Part shown: positions 18,301 through 29,974 of the stretch, in pieces
Numbering within the stretch: the first letter of the stretch is position 1
How the letters are laid out: every line of letters starts with the position of its first letter
Assembly (NCBI RefSeq): GCF_001194135.2
Contig: NC_069005.1
Location: forward strand, 7,863,434-7,903,435
DNA from: Octopus bimaculoides
Taxonomy: Eukaryota
Length of the DNA stretch: 40,002 bases
Direction: 5' to 3'
The notes under the pieces: generated by a model
Database searches by the model: none
Seen by the model: only the letters and a program-made list of their open reading frames with translations
Told to the model about the DNA's origin: nothing
Position numbers and translations under genes: made by a program

Positions 18301-21300
18301 GTTTAATACTCTGTTTTCCTCTTCAATTCTTGTTTCAGCAATAGTTGGTGCTGGCATTGGAGGCACATCAACAGCTTACTACCTACGTCAACTGTTTGGG
18401 GACCAAGCTGTCATAGATATATATGAATCCAATAAAGTTGGCGGACGTTTGGACTCTTTCGAATTTGATGGAGAATCCATTGAAACCGGTGGCAGCACAC
18501 TTCATCCAAAAAATGCTTACATGCTGAATTTTACAAAGATTTTAGGTAAGGGGTTTAATTTTACTTATTCCATTTGTGATTGTAAATGTAGGGTTGTTGT
18601 TTAACCCCTTAAGTCAGCCCTATTGAAGGAGACCAACACTTAGCCCTTTAGCATTTAGATTATTCTATCAAATGTAATGCTTATGTACTCTCATTGTTTT
18701 AAATTAATCGGGTATCATTTTGCAACTTCAATGCATCAATGATATGATTGTTTATTTTTAGAAAGGAGATGGCCAACTAGATAAGACAATGGGATCACTT
18801 GCTTAGAGGTTGTGAGCTCAAATCCACAGCAGTTGTTTCATTGCTTCTCTTAATATACTATTCTTGTACTTCATTGTACAACAGCTTCTTTGGATAGTCA
18901 TTCTGTTGACAAAATTTGTAAAATAGGTACACTTTTGAAGTTTGTTAGTTTCGAATATATTCCACATTGATTTTGCCTCATCTCTTGAACTTAGCTGTAG
19001 ATTTGAAAATATTTCTGCTTGCCAGGCTTGGAAGCAAAACAGCTTGAAAGCAATGGATTTGGAATATATGATGGCAAAGAGTTTCTGTTTAAAACCAGTA
19101 GTTACAAAATTATAACCATCCTGAAAGCTTTCTGGCGTTATGGAAATGATCTGCAGAGAATTGCAAATTGGATTGACGATTTGATTACCAAAAAATTTTG
19201 CCGGTAAGTTAAAAAAAATTTTTTTTTATTTCAGTGCTTTTTTTTTTGCACATTTTTTTACTGAAGGATTCAAATATAATCGCTCAAAATTTCATTAGCC
19301 TTAACTTTGGAAAGCAGTTTTGTATATCAATCTATCTTTTGTTGAGGAATGTTATGTTTGAAGCTATTTTTTATTGAGATATGTCGAGTTTACTGAGGCA
19401 ATGTGATTTGCAGAAAATACCAATTCCATTTTTTGATAGATATTTAACATCATTACTAGAATAACCATTAGATTTAATTTCACAGTGAAAAGGCTAAAAT
19501 TTGTTAATTACAACATTAAGAGAATAAGTAATGTCATCAATGTCATAATCAACTTCGTTAGTGTAATCATCTTCATTATTGTTGCTATCATTAGTTAATC
19601 CTTTTAAACACAGGAATCAGATATAACCAATCAAAATTTCATTACCCTTAACTGCAGAAAGCAGTTTTATATCCCAATCTATCTTTTGTTGAAGAATGTC
19701 GTGTTTGAAACTATTTTCTGTCTGGATCCAGTCTTCAAATGCAAAAATAGGCAAACCCTAACTTAGCAAGCATTATATACTAGTTGGCTGTTCCTGTTTA
19801 AAGGTTAAAGAAAATTTAGCTACTATTTTTTAGGACCTTGAAAGACTGCATAGGGAGTCATTGCTCCAGTATGTTTCTTATTCTGCTTGCTAATATTCAG
19901 TTTTCTATCGCTCAACCAGGATCTACAATCATCAATTGAAAGGGTATGCCTTTACCACTGTGAAAGATCTGCTGTTATCCATGGACCAATTAATGCTAAA
20001 CTTAACCACCAGACCTTTAGAAGAAACTCTGAAAGAAATGGGCTTTTCTGACCGCTTTATTGCAGAGCCTGTTACTGTGGCTGTCCGAACAAATTATGGC
20101 CAGACAGTCAATATTCAATCATTTGCTGGTGAGTACTTAACACAGAAAACAATCGGGAAGCTGTTCTATGATTGGCTTTGTTTTTCTTACTTTTCATTTT
20201 TCTAGTTTTTTTCAAATTTTTAATGTTTGACACCAAACAACCTGAGGCTGCCCTTGGTCCTATGCCCTAAATTTCCTGTTTTAAAGTGATCTAAATTAAA
20301 ACCTTGCATCAATATTTATTAATTAATATTCCATATTTCAGTTTAATTATTTATGGCAATGTTTGCTCTGCTTGAGAAGACATGTCCAACTAAGTAAAAC
20401 TGTGGCTGTCCATATGTACAAGTATGTCCTCTACATCCCTCTCTCAGCTGAGAGGCCTTTCCCTTGAGGGCTTGTGGGTGATGGTGTCATGTAAAAAGCA
20501 CTTGTGCTGGTACCACATAAAAGCAGCTGTGCTGGTGTTACACAAAAGTGCTGATGCCATGTAAAAGCACCCATGCCAGTGCCACGTAGAAGTACCATGT
20601 AAAAGTACCCATGCTGGTGCCACGTTGAAGCACCCGTGCTGGTACCACGTAAAAGGCCCTGTCCCAGTGTCACATAAAACTCGCACGCACACACTCACTT
20701 GAGCGACACTCGCACGCACACACTCACTCGAGCAACACTTGCGCACACACTCACTTGAGCGACACTCGCACACACACTTACTCGAGCAACACTCGCTCAC
20801 ACAACATTCACTGACTCACTCAGGATTTTGTCAGATCCCCCCCACTCATTCACATGATGCTTGCTCACTCTGAGAACACTCATACACCATTTACTCACTC
20901 CAACACAACACATACAGGCATTGTGCGTGTGTGTGTGTGTGTGTATGTGTATGTGTGTGTGTGTGTGCTTACAACACTCCAGCACATTTTTTTATCTTTA
21001 ACTTTGTAACATTTCTCAAACTATATTTTACCGTTACAGGGTCTATCTCACTGGCAGGTATGCAACCTGGTTTGTTTGCCATAAAGGGTGGAAACAAGCA
21101 GGTGGCCGAAAAACTATTAACAGAGTCTAAAGCAAATTTTATTCACGCCGAATTAAAAAAAATCTCACTGTTAAAGGAACACGATTCAATACAATATGAA
21201 TTATTCTATAAACCCCACAACTCGACCGAAAAAAACTCCATGCAAAATCATATATACGATATTGTCATAATTGCTATGCCACTCAATCAGGATAGCAAGG

Positions 21301-21809
21301 ATATTAAATTTGAAGGATTTATATCACCATTATCCTACAGCCAACCTTTTTACCGAACTGTGGCCACATTCATTCAAGGAGAGGTAAACGCCTCGTTTTT
21401 TGATTTTGAAAAAGAAGGCGACCTGCCGAATAGTATTTTGATTAACGCAGAACCATACTTCATAAATTCCATTTCAAAGAAACGAAAGAACCTCTGGAAG
21501 GTATTCTCCCGGGAACTGCTAACCGAAAGCGAGAAAAATCTGTTGTTCAAAACCATTGAGAAAACGACCGTCTATAACTGGGTAGCCTACCCTGCTTACA
21601 GCTCCTCTCAGAAGTTACTTCCCTTTGTTCTACACGACCAACTCTACTATGTGAACGCTATCGAAAGTGCTGCTTCTACGATCGAGACCAGTGTAATCGC
21701 TGCTAGAAACGTGGCACTGCTTGTCAAAAACCATTGGTTCAATCTCTTTGATTATATCGATGAAATACCAAATGAATCAGAGGAAAATAAAATAAAAGGA
21801 GAATTGTAG
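12314..21809 (+). CDS. PCYOX1: Prenylcysteine oxidase / lyase (PCYOX1/PCYOX1L co-orthologue), 5 coding exons, 481 aa
   Basis: Exons 12314-12395, 18339-18545, 19026-19203, 19920-20128 and 21040-21809, all GT-AG with phases 1,1,2,1; 1446 nt open. Family motifs: PRIAIVGAGIGGTSTAYYL (FAD-binding), VGGRL, IETGGSTLHPKN, GIYDG, RIYNHQ, RTNYGQ, GGNKQV, YDIVIIAMPL, WKVFS, WVAYP, LYYVNAIESAAS. C-terminus KGEL. Confidence 0.95.
14722..15215 (-). mobile_element. Degenerate mariner transposase C-terminal fragment
   Basis: Translates YPPYSPDLALSQYYLFPDMEKKHL...LQHRWKKWVDHNGDY, matching the mariner YSPDLAP-x-D motif and C-terminus. Confidence 0.85.
17110..17625 (-). mobile_element. CR1/L2-like LINE 3' end
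   Basis: Translates LKFRCLATDLVNTHKII...GHAYKVRKQ...KHFF...WNKPP.SVV...FK, the typical CR1/L2 RT C-terminus. A (TAA)n repeat lies at about 17110-17165. Confidence 0.8.
17795..18190 (-). mobile_element. R4/Dong-like non-LTR 3' end in PCYOX intron 1
   Basis: Translates IIDIACPGDNRIKEKEEK..Y, then IVIGALG...LQKPALLGTARIL, followed by a short (TAA/CAA)n tail. Confidence 0.8.
18339..18545 (+). CDS. PCYOX1: PCYOX exon 2 (FAD-binding GxGxxG)
   Basis: Acceptor ttcttgtttcag| and donor TTAG|GTAAGG. Encodes AIVGAGIGG...MLNFTKIL. Confidence 0.96.
19026..19203 (+). CDS. PCYOX1: PCYOX exon 3
   Basis: Acceptor tttctgcttgccag| and donor CG|GTAAGT. Encodes GLEAKQLES...GIYDGKEF...WRYG...KKFCR. Confidence 0.95.
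19920..20128 (+). CDS. PCYOX1: PCYOX exon 4
   Basis: Acceptor ctcaaccag| and donor GCTG|GTGAGT. Encodes RIYNHQLKGYAF...RTNYGQTVNIQSFAG. Confidence 0.95.
20490..20802. repeat. Two adjacent minisatellites in PCYOX intron 4
   Basis: Degenerate ~26-nt unit (gtaaaagcacccatgctggtgccac-like) at 20490-20680, followed by about 4 copies of a 29-nt unit (ctcgcacgcacacactcacttgagcgaca) at 20681-20802. Confidence 0.85.
21040..21809 (+). CDS. PCYOX1: PCYOX terminal exon 5
   Basis: Acceptor ttttaccgttacag|. Encodes GSISLAG...GGNKQV...ESAAS...KIKGEL, with TAG at 21807-21809. Confidence 0.96.
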
Positions 21810-23121
21810 CCATTTTTCTCTCTTCATCTAGAAAGACTGGTACTACCAGCCCTTTTCTTTTTCACACTGTTTTCTTGATTTTTTAAATTTTTTTAGAAAC
21901 ATCAAAGATCAGATTTAGGGTGAGAAGAAATGGCATGCGAAAGTCCTTCCCCTTCCTTACCCAAATCTAGGTTCAGTTGAACTGATAATCGGTGCCTTTT
22001 GCTAATTCCTCTCTCTAAAAATGGATGGCGTTCTAGTCAGACATTGTATTAGGAAGAAAGGTTCCGCTACTGCTGTAAGATTGTCGAAAGTATTTGTCTG
22101 CATTTCATCTTATATTTTTTGTGATTTCAGTGATATAACTATCACATAGTTGATATCTTCCTGCAATTTGTTAATGATGATGTGTATAATTATAGGTCTT
22201 GGTTCATTTAATGATTTGTATGTCTTTAAAATAACTGCCTTCCAAGTATGATGGCTTGTTTGTCTGAGAAAAGAAACTAGAAGATGCTAGCTTCCAGATA
22301 TTATAATTTGTATTTATAAGGAAAATTTCTGGCTACTAGATACTTTGGTTTGTTTGTCTACCAAGAGAAGCTGCCTTCCAAACATTATGTGTGTATATCT
22401 AAGAAAAGAGGCTAGCTAGCTTCCTAATATACCTTGTATGTATAGGGAAAAGGCTGACTAGTAGATATAGTGGTTTGTTTACCTAGCACAGGCATGAGCA
22501 ACCTTTTCTCAAGAAGCAGGCCACATGAGACATGGCTTCGCTGTGTAACAAAATTTTTATTTTTGTCTTTGGTCAGTAAGGGTTATTTCATGTTTGCTTC
22601 TATTTAGAAATGAAAGGAAATCACTACTAGTCCCTTCCTGGACATCTATGTTTTGAAACTGACCTATTTTCCATTACATTTCAAATAGTCAGTGTTGAGT
22701 TGCTGAAGTAGAATTTTCTAGAACAGTCTGGTGACGTAGATAGCAGTATAAATACAGGGATCATAAGCTTAACAGTTCAGTTTATTTCTGTGTCCAAGTT
22801 TGAGGAAAACAAATTGAAGAAAATATCAGCCATTTATCATAATTTCCAAGGGAAGGCAAATAGGAAATAACAGTTGCTACCTGTGGACAAAGATCATGTT
22901 ACATAGTTTTATCAGGCATGTCGTACTACTAGAAAAAACTGAAGGCAATTTTCTTCTTAGGCATGACATTCAGGAAGTCCCCCTGGCCATAGTTTTCCCA
23001 TGACTGGTATAGGAGCTAGTTCTTGAGGAGGTTAGAAGCAAGAAGATAAAATCCATTTGTGTTTCAACATATCAATCTAATATAAAAATGGAGAGTAATC
23101 CACTGACAGACTGACTTAGAA

Positions 23122-23758
23122 CAGTGATTCCCAATGTGAGGCATACACACCCCCACTAGTGGAGCCTGGGAAAATTGTGATGGGACATGAGATCCAAAAT
23201 TATTTCTGTTTTTTTTTTTCTTCAGTGGGACATGGAATTGTGAAAATCTTTCTCTTACAGCAAACATATAAAATAAATGCGCCCTTTTAAAGCCTAGCCA
23301 GGCTCATGGGCCCAGTTTCCAGGTTTCAATGGCGTATGCGTTCCCCAGCTGGATGGGAGGCCAGTCCATCGCAGCGTTACTCATTTTTGCCAGCTGAGTG
23401 GACTGGAGCAACGTGAAATGAAGTGTTTTGTTCAAGAACACAACGCGTCGCCCGGTCTAGGAATCGAAACCACAATCTTACGATCATGATGCTGACACCC
23501 TAACCACTAAGCCATGCGCCTCCACTACATACATACATACTACACCTTTATTCAGCTTAGCCAAGCCAATCCTTCCAGTTAGGCATACTATGTGAACTCT
23601 ATAGAGCTATTCTAAAGCCTTGGTGTGGATATTTCTTTAAGGAAATTATGTAATTATGAAATATTAAAAATAAAGTTTTTTTTCCAACCACTAATGGGGC
23701 ATACATTTTTCTGGAAAGTTATAGTGGGACCTGGGAGAAAATAGGTTGGAAAACACTG
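23122..23758. mobile_element. hAT-type MITE carrying a nested SINE
   Basis: Termini cagtgattcccaa / ttggaaaacactg; flanks acttagaa and ttctagaa (Charlie-type NTCTAGAN-like target). Confidence 0.65.
23285..23523 (-). mobile_element. tRNA-derived SINE family C (ggaggcgcatggcttagtggttagg...)
   Basis: Recognisable A/B-box head followed by a central ttgagcaaaacacttcatttcacgttgctccagtccactcagctgg block. Other copies at 878-1090 (+) and 25625-25770 (+). Confidence 0.85.
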
Positions 23759-24265
23759 TTCTAGAATGTCTGTGACAATGACAACTCTACCATTGTGTAA
23801 AAAATGAAATACCGTTTTTTTTTCTCACATCTATCATATAACAAGACTGCTGTCAAGAGAATCTTTGTATTGTTTAAAGAGTTCATTTCAAAAACCTTCT
23901 TATAATTATTGAAGTGTTCATCAACAATAAATAAATAAACAAATCTTCAAGATATTGTGCTTTAAAGAAAATCCTTTATGAAGAACAGATATGAGTTTTT
24001 TATGGGCTGCTTAGCTGTGTTCCTGCAAATAGTTTAGAATTCCTTATGTTAAGAGTTAAAGTAAGAATTCCAGTGAAGAATGATATTTTTAAGATTGTAT
24101 GGGAGGTAAGAGGGACTTTGGTATAGAACAGAAAGAGAAATTAATGAATTATCGTGTGTGCATGTGCATATGTGTGTGTATGACAGTTGCTGTTTAGCCC
24201 CTGGTCTTCTCTGATCCTGTAGACATATAATTAAAGATATTCTGGCTGTGACCATCCTGAGTTTA

Positions 24266-25540
24266 TCAGGTCATCCCATAAGTTCTGTCTGAATTTTGAA
24301 TAAAGAAAACAAGTGATCAAATGTCATATTTAATTGAAATTTAATCATCAATGTACTTTCCCTGATTATCTATGACTTCCTTCCATCTATTTACAAGCTT
24401 TTTAATCCCATCAATGTAAAACTCTTTTGGTTTCAAAGCGAAGAACTCTGAAATGTCAGTTTCGACCTTCTCCTGGCTTGCGAAAGTTATGTCCCCTAAA
24501 TGATTCTGTAAACTACGAAACAAATGGTAGTCTGAAGGAGCAAGGTTGGGAGAATATGGTGGATGAGGAATTTTTTCCCAACCAAGCTCATCAATCATCT
24601 GTGATGTGATCTTTGCAGTCTGGGGTCGTGCATTGTCCTGATGAAACATCACTCTTTTTCAATTCACTAAAGCAGCTCTTTTTTTCTTCAAAGCTTGGTT
24701 CAAACACTCTAATTGCTGACAGTAGACTTGAGCATTGATTGTTGCATTAGGTGGTAACAATTCAAAGCCAATTACTCCTTTACAATCCCACCAGATAGAA
24801 AGAAGAACCTTTTTCCCATGAAGTTCCCTTCTCGGTCGTAGTTGAGCTTTTTCCCTTTTACCAAGCCACTGTTTACGACGTTTAACATTTCAATAGAATA
24901 TCCATTTCTCAGAACCAGTCAGAAGTTTATCCAAAAAGGGTGAAATGAGTTCACGAGAATGGAGAGAAGAGCAGATGTTAACTCGCTTTGGGACAATTCA
25001 TGAGGTACCCATTTTCTAAGTTTAGGAATCTTTCCAAGTTGTTGAAGATGACAATGAACAGTTGTATGGTTTGAACTAAGCTTTATTGCTAATTCTTCAA
25101 CTGATAATGCAGGATTTTCTTCAAGTAATGCCTCAAGGAGCTTATCATCAAACTCAACTGGACGTCCTGTTCGATCTTCATCGTCAAGGCTGAAATCTCC
25201 ATTTCTGAATTTTGCAAACCATCTTCTGCAAGTTCTTTCATTCTAGCATTCTTTCCCATAAACTGAGTGTATGTTTTGAGTCGCTTCGGCTGCAGAGTTT
25301 CCTTTTTTGTACTAATAAAGCATTATGTGCCTCAAATGCTCTTTGGATGCTTCCATGTTAGAAAGGGTTTTAATCAAAGAAATTTTAATTCTATTATTCT
25401 GTAAAATAATATTTAATTAGTTTAAATGTACACAAATGCATAAGAATAATTTTTAATTCCATTAGACATTCTAAAATACTATTAAATTTCATTCAGTTTT
25501 AAAAAAGGTAAAACCGGACAGAAGTTATGGGATGACCTGA
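24266..25540 (-). mobile_element. Near full-length mariner (D34D) transposon with a disrupted transposase
   Basis: 24-bp TIRs with 1 mismatch (tcaggtcatcccataagttctgtc at 24266-24289; gacagaagttatgggatgacctga at 25517-25540) and TA on the left flank. Transposase runs 25356 to 24341: MEASKEHLRHIMLY...RTCRRWFAKF...WVPHEL...HQDNARP...HPPYSPNLAPSDYHLF, with 34 residues between the 2nd and 3rd catalytic D. It carries in-frame stops and a frameshift. Confidence 0.95.
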
Positions 25541-25893
25541 AACGTGTGTGTGTGTGTGTGTGTGTACACACATGAATAAATATATATATATATATATATG
25601 GGTGTGTGTGTGTGTGTGCATGTGAAAGCATATGGCCTAGTGGTTATGGCTTGCACTTAGAATTGCAAGGTCACAGCTTCAATTCCTGGACTGGGTGGTG
25701 CGTTGTGTTTTGGATCAAGGCACTTCGTTTTACATTGCCCCAGTCCACTCAGCTGTAAATGGGTAACCCTGCAACAGTGACAGACTGACCTGCTGTACCG
25801 GAGGAGTGTTGTCATATTGGTTACTTATGGAAACTGGGTGATCAGCTCTGTGAGTTTCAGACCTCTACACCGTGCTTACTATATATGTGTGTA

Positions 25894-25937
<44 letters not shown>

Positions 25938-26744
25938 CAGGAGTAGCTGTGTGGTAAGAAACTTGCTTCCCAAGCACACGGTTTTGGGTTCAGTTCCACT
26001 GCGTGGCACCTTGGCCGAGTATTCTACTATAGCCTCAGGCTGACCAAAGCCTTATGAGTGGATTTGGTTGATGGAAACTGAAAGAAGCCTGTATGTATAT
26101 GTATGTGTGTCTGTGTTTGTTTCTCCACCATTGCTTGACAACCAATGTTGATGTATTTATGTCTGTAACTTAGCAGTTCGGCAAAAGAGCCCAAATGAAT
26201 AAGTACTTGGGGGTTGATTTGTTCGAGTAAAGGTGGTGTTCCAGCATGGCCGCAGTCAGATGATTAAAACAAATAAAAGAATATACAGTAATCCCTCGCC
26301 GTATCCTGGTTTATTATTTAAGCTTATGTCGACCCTTCCCCATCGGTACTCAACTGGAACTTATTTTATTGACCCCCGCCACCACCACCAAAGGTTGAAA
26401 GTCAAAGTCAACCTCAGTGGTATTTGATCTCGGGAATATAAAACCAGAACGAATGCTGTTAGCATTTTGGCCAACCTTCTGATGATTCTGCCAGCTTGCT
26501 GATTTGCCATGCATGTGTAATACAATTATGAATAAATATAGAATTAAAGACAAAAATTACTTAACGTTGCTTTTGCAAATTATTTAACCTAATTGTTGCT
26601 ATTTCTTGTGGGACCCTGACTGACTTCTCGTGGAACCTGAGGGTCGTGGGGGAACCCCATTTGAGAAGCTCACAGGCAGCTAAAGTGGTGAGTTAAAGTT
26701 TTCATATTTAGTTACGAAGCTTACAAAGCTAACAATATATATTA

Positions 26745-27160
26745 AATTTGACGACTGGCACCCATGCCAACGTCGTCTCCCTTATTGGGGCAAGCGAAAG
26801 CGAAATTGTGATGGCATCTGTGCCCAGTGACGCCTTTCTGGCACTTGTGCCCGCGGCATGTGTAAGGACTTTCGAGCGAAATCGTTGCCAGTGCCCTTGG
26901 ACTGGCTCTTGTGCAGGTGGCACATAAAATACACCATTTTGAGCGTGGCCGTTGTCAGTACCGCCTGACTGGCCTTCGTGCCGGTGGCACATAAAAGCAC
27001 CCACTACACTCTCTGAGTGGTTGGCGTGAGGAAGGGCATCCAGCTGTAGAAACTGCCAAATCAGATTGGAACCTGGTGTAGCCATCTGGTTTCACCAGTC
27101 CTCAGTCAAATCGTCCAACCCATGCTAGCATGGAAAGCGGACGTTAGACGACGATGATGA
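26745..27160. mobile_element. RTE-3'-end-like repeat, family D, with a (GAT/CAT)n terminus
   Basis: Reverse complement of 2800-2952 (catcatcatcgtttaacgtccgctttccatg...). Further copies at 15285-15375 and degenerate ones at 15640-16020. Confidence 0.75.
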
Positions 27161-27167
27161 TTATATA

Positions 27168-27211
<44 letters not shown>

Positions 27212-28059
27212 AACGCATACATACACACATGTATATATAAATACTATATTTGAAGTATATCCAGAGTTGTTATCTGTACTTTCAGGAAGACTGAAAATAA
27301 TAATGAATGAAGTCCTTCACTGGATTACTTTTAACCCTGTCAAATGTAATGCTTATTTATTCACATTGTTTTGAATCAATCATGGATTATTTTGTAGCTT
27401 CGGGATTTCAATGATGTGATTGTTTATCTTTAGAATGACATTGTAGAGTAGGTGTGAGAGACTAGATATGGCTGGTTTAAATGCTGAAGGCTGAGATACC
27501 CATCAGTTACTATCATTGTGCTATTTAGAACTCAACTGTCCAACAGTCAGCCTTACAATTATATTACTAGTCATTAACAAAATAGTGTTTTGTTCTTACC
27601 ACCAGGGCCTAGAAGAGTGAAGTTTCAGCTGGTACAGTGTTCTGGGGAGTGGAGTGCCAAGAAGGAGCCTATGGTATCTAGGCCTCTTCCTAAAAAACAA
27701 ACTAAAACCCCCATAGCCACCCCATTGAATTTTGAAAGGCAATCCCCTGCCTTCCAGGACCTTTAAATTTCTCCCTGAGACTCTGCTTACCACATATTTT
27801 GAGTTAAGTTTGTTCATGTTACATGTTATTAGGTAAGTTATCAGTGACATACCTCTATCCCACCTCCTTGTGTGGCTGACTTTGTAGTTAGCTTAATTAA
27901 AGCATGGAGAAATTTGATAGCTAAAGCTAACTTAACCTGTCTGTCTATCTCTTTGCCTCACCACATATTTCTAGTTAGCTTTTTCAATGCCCTGAGTTAA
28001 CACCAGCTTACCTATTTTCGTTATACTTCATACATATAACATCTCTGAATCCTGTGTGT

Positions 28060-28295
28060 GTGTTATTTCTTTACTACCCCACAAGGGGCTACACACAGAG
28101 GGGACAAACAAGGACAGACAAAGGGATTAAGTCGATTATATCGACCCCAGTGCGTAACTGGTACTTATTTAATCGACCCCGAAAGGATGAAAGGCAAAGT
28201 CAACCTCGGCGGAATTTGAACTCAGAACGTAGCGGCAGACGAAATACTGCTAAGCATTTCGCCCGACGTGCTAACGTTTCTGCCAGCTCACCGCC
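28060..28295 (-). mobile_element. Octopus-type SINE family A (ggcggtgagctggcagaaacgttagcacg...)
   Basis: Related copies at 1-102 (-), 132-360 (+), 380-590 (+), 1733-1830 (+), 4215-4600 (-, internally duplicated), 26330-26500 (-), 32430-32655 (-), 33570-33750 and 35180-35280 (-). Confidence 0.9.
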
Positions 28296-28394
28296 TTAAT
28301 GTGTGTGTGTGTGTATATATAGTCCAACCCATGCCAGCATGGACAACAGACATTAAATGATGATTTTATATATATATATATATAATATATCAGA

Positions 28395-28620
28395 GGCTGT
28401 TATACACCACTGATCACAATGCGCTTCCAGTTCTGTCTAGATTGTACCCTTCTTTTCTGTTTTGACCTGAATTGCTTGACTGAATTATTTTATCACCATT
28501 GTGGAAGCCTTCCAAATGGTATTTTCCAGTCTCTTGGACACCACTTGGCTACTGCACAGGTTCACCCATCTATTGTCTGTGAGCCTTGCAAAATGTCCGG
28601 CTCAACAAAACTTGCAACGT
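28395..28620 (-). mobile_element. Degenerate RTE RT C-terminal remnant
   Basis: Traces of GHIL...KW.P...GRP..W motifs interrupted by stops. Confidence 0.45.
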
Positions 28621-29974
28621 CTGTAAGTATTCTTTTATTTGTTTCAGTCGTTTGACTGTGGCCATGCTGGAGCAGTGCCTTTCATTCGAAGAAGTCAACC
28701 CCGGGACTTATTCTTTGTAAGCCCGGTACTTATTCTATCAATCTATTTTGCTGAACTGCTAAGTTATGGGGATGTAAACACACCAACATCAGTTGTCAAG
28801 TGATGGAGGGGGACAAACACAGACACATGAAAATATATATACATATATATACACACACACATATATATATATACATACATATACACACACACACACACAC
28901 ACACATATATTACACAAACATATACGATAGGCTTCTTTCAGTTTCTCTCTACCAAATCCACTCAGAAAGCTTTGGTCGGCCCGAGGCTATAGTAGAAGAC
29001 ACTTGCCCAAGGTGCCACGCAGTGGGACTGAACACAGAACCATGTGGTTGGGAAGCAAGCTTCTTACCACATAGTCACATTTGCACCTATGTATATGTAT
29101 ATTTATATATATTATTTATTAAAACCCCCCAAAAAATCTTCACAAACTGTTACTCAGTGTTTCATGTGACCATTCATCAGACAGTTGCAATAATATTGAA
29201 TAATAAATGATGTATGAAGATATTTCTGGTTTTGTATTTTGCCCACTTTGTTTTGCATCTGTATGTGCATGTGTGTTTGTGCATGCATGATGTTTCCTCT
29301 CTTTTCATACATGTAAGTTAAAAAAAAAAGTATATATATCTTCCTCTGAAGCCAGATTAATTTTTACAACTTGATATTATGATATTCACTAGCTTACTGT
29401 ATTAATTCACTGTGTAGAGTTCTATATCTTCTGTGTATGGGAACGGATGGCTTTTGAAACATGTAAATATTCATCTCGTGTCATGTCGGATGAAATAAAA
29501 TGTTTATACTTTCTTCTCTTTGTCCATTTGTCGTTATTTGCAAACTGTGAAAAATGGTATGATAACCTGGTAAGGTTGCAAGATGCCTCATAACCGTATT
29601 TACCGCTTCAACATTTAAATTGGGCCATATCCAGCTCAGATATTTCACCTGCTTGATATCAAAACTTCCTGGATCCAGCATCTCACACCTGCCCACCAAT
29701 GTCATTCTAAAAATAAGTAATCACAACATCAAAACCTCAAAGCTATGAGATAATGCATGATTAATCCAAAACCATGTGAATAAATAAGCATTATATTTGA
29801 CACAAAAATCCGTATGCTAAAGAGTTAAACCAGCCATATCTGGTCCAAATATCTCACCTGTTCAAACCAACCAGATCTGGCTTCTTACACCTATCCTACA
29901 ATGTCATTCTAAGCAAGCTTCTTACCACACAGCCATGCCTGTTCCTACAGCAACAAATTGATGAAACAAGCCAA

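Noticed and set aside
20931-21039. MCVCVC... N-terminus of the 292-aa ORF
   Set aside because: Intronic (TG)n read-through upstream of the true exon 5 acceptor.
27604-27765. Candidate exon (GPRRVKFQLVQCSGEW... on plus; spliceable segment on minus)
   Set aside because: No recognisable family motif and no compatible partner exons found.
29398-29475. Minus-strand segment MNIYMFQKPSVPIHRRYRTLHSELI ending at a GTAAGC donor
   Set aside because: Weak acceptor, no homology cue, and cannot be linked confidently to the 31.3-kb candidate exon.
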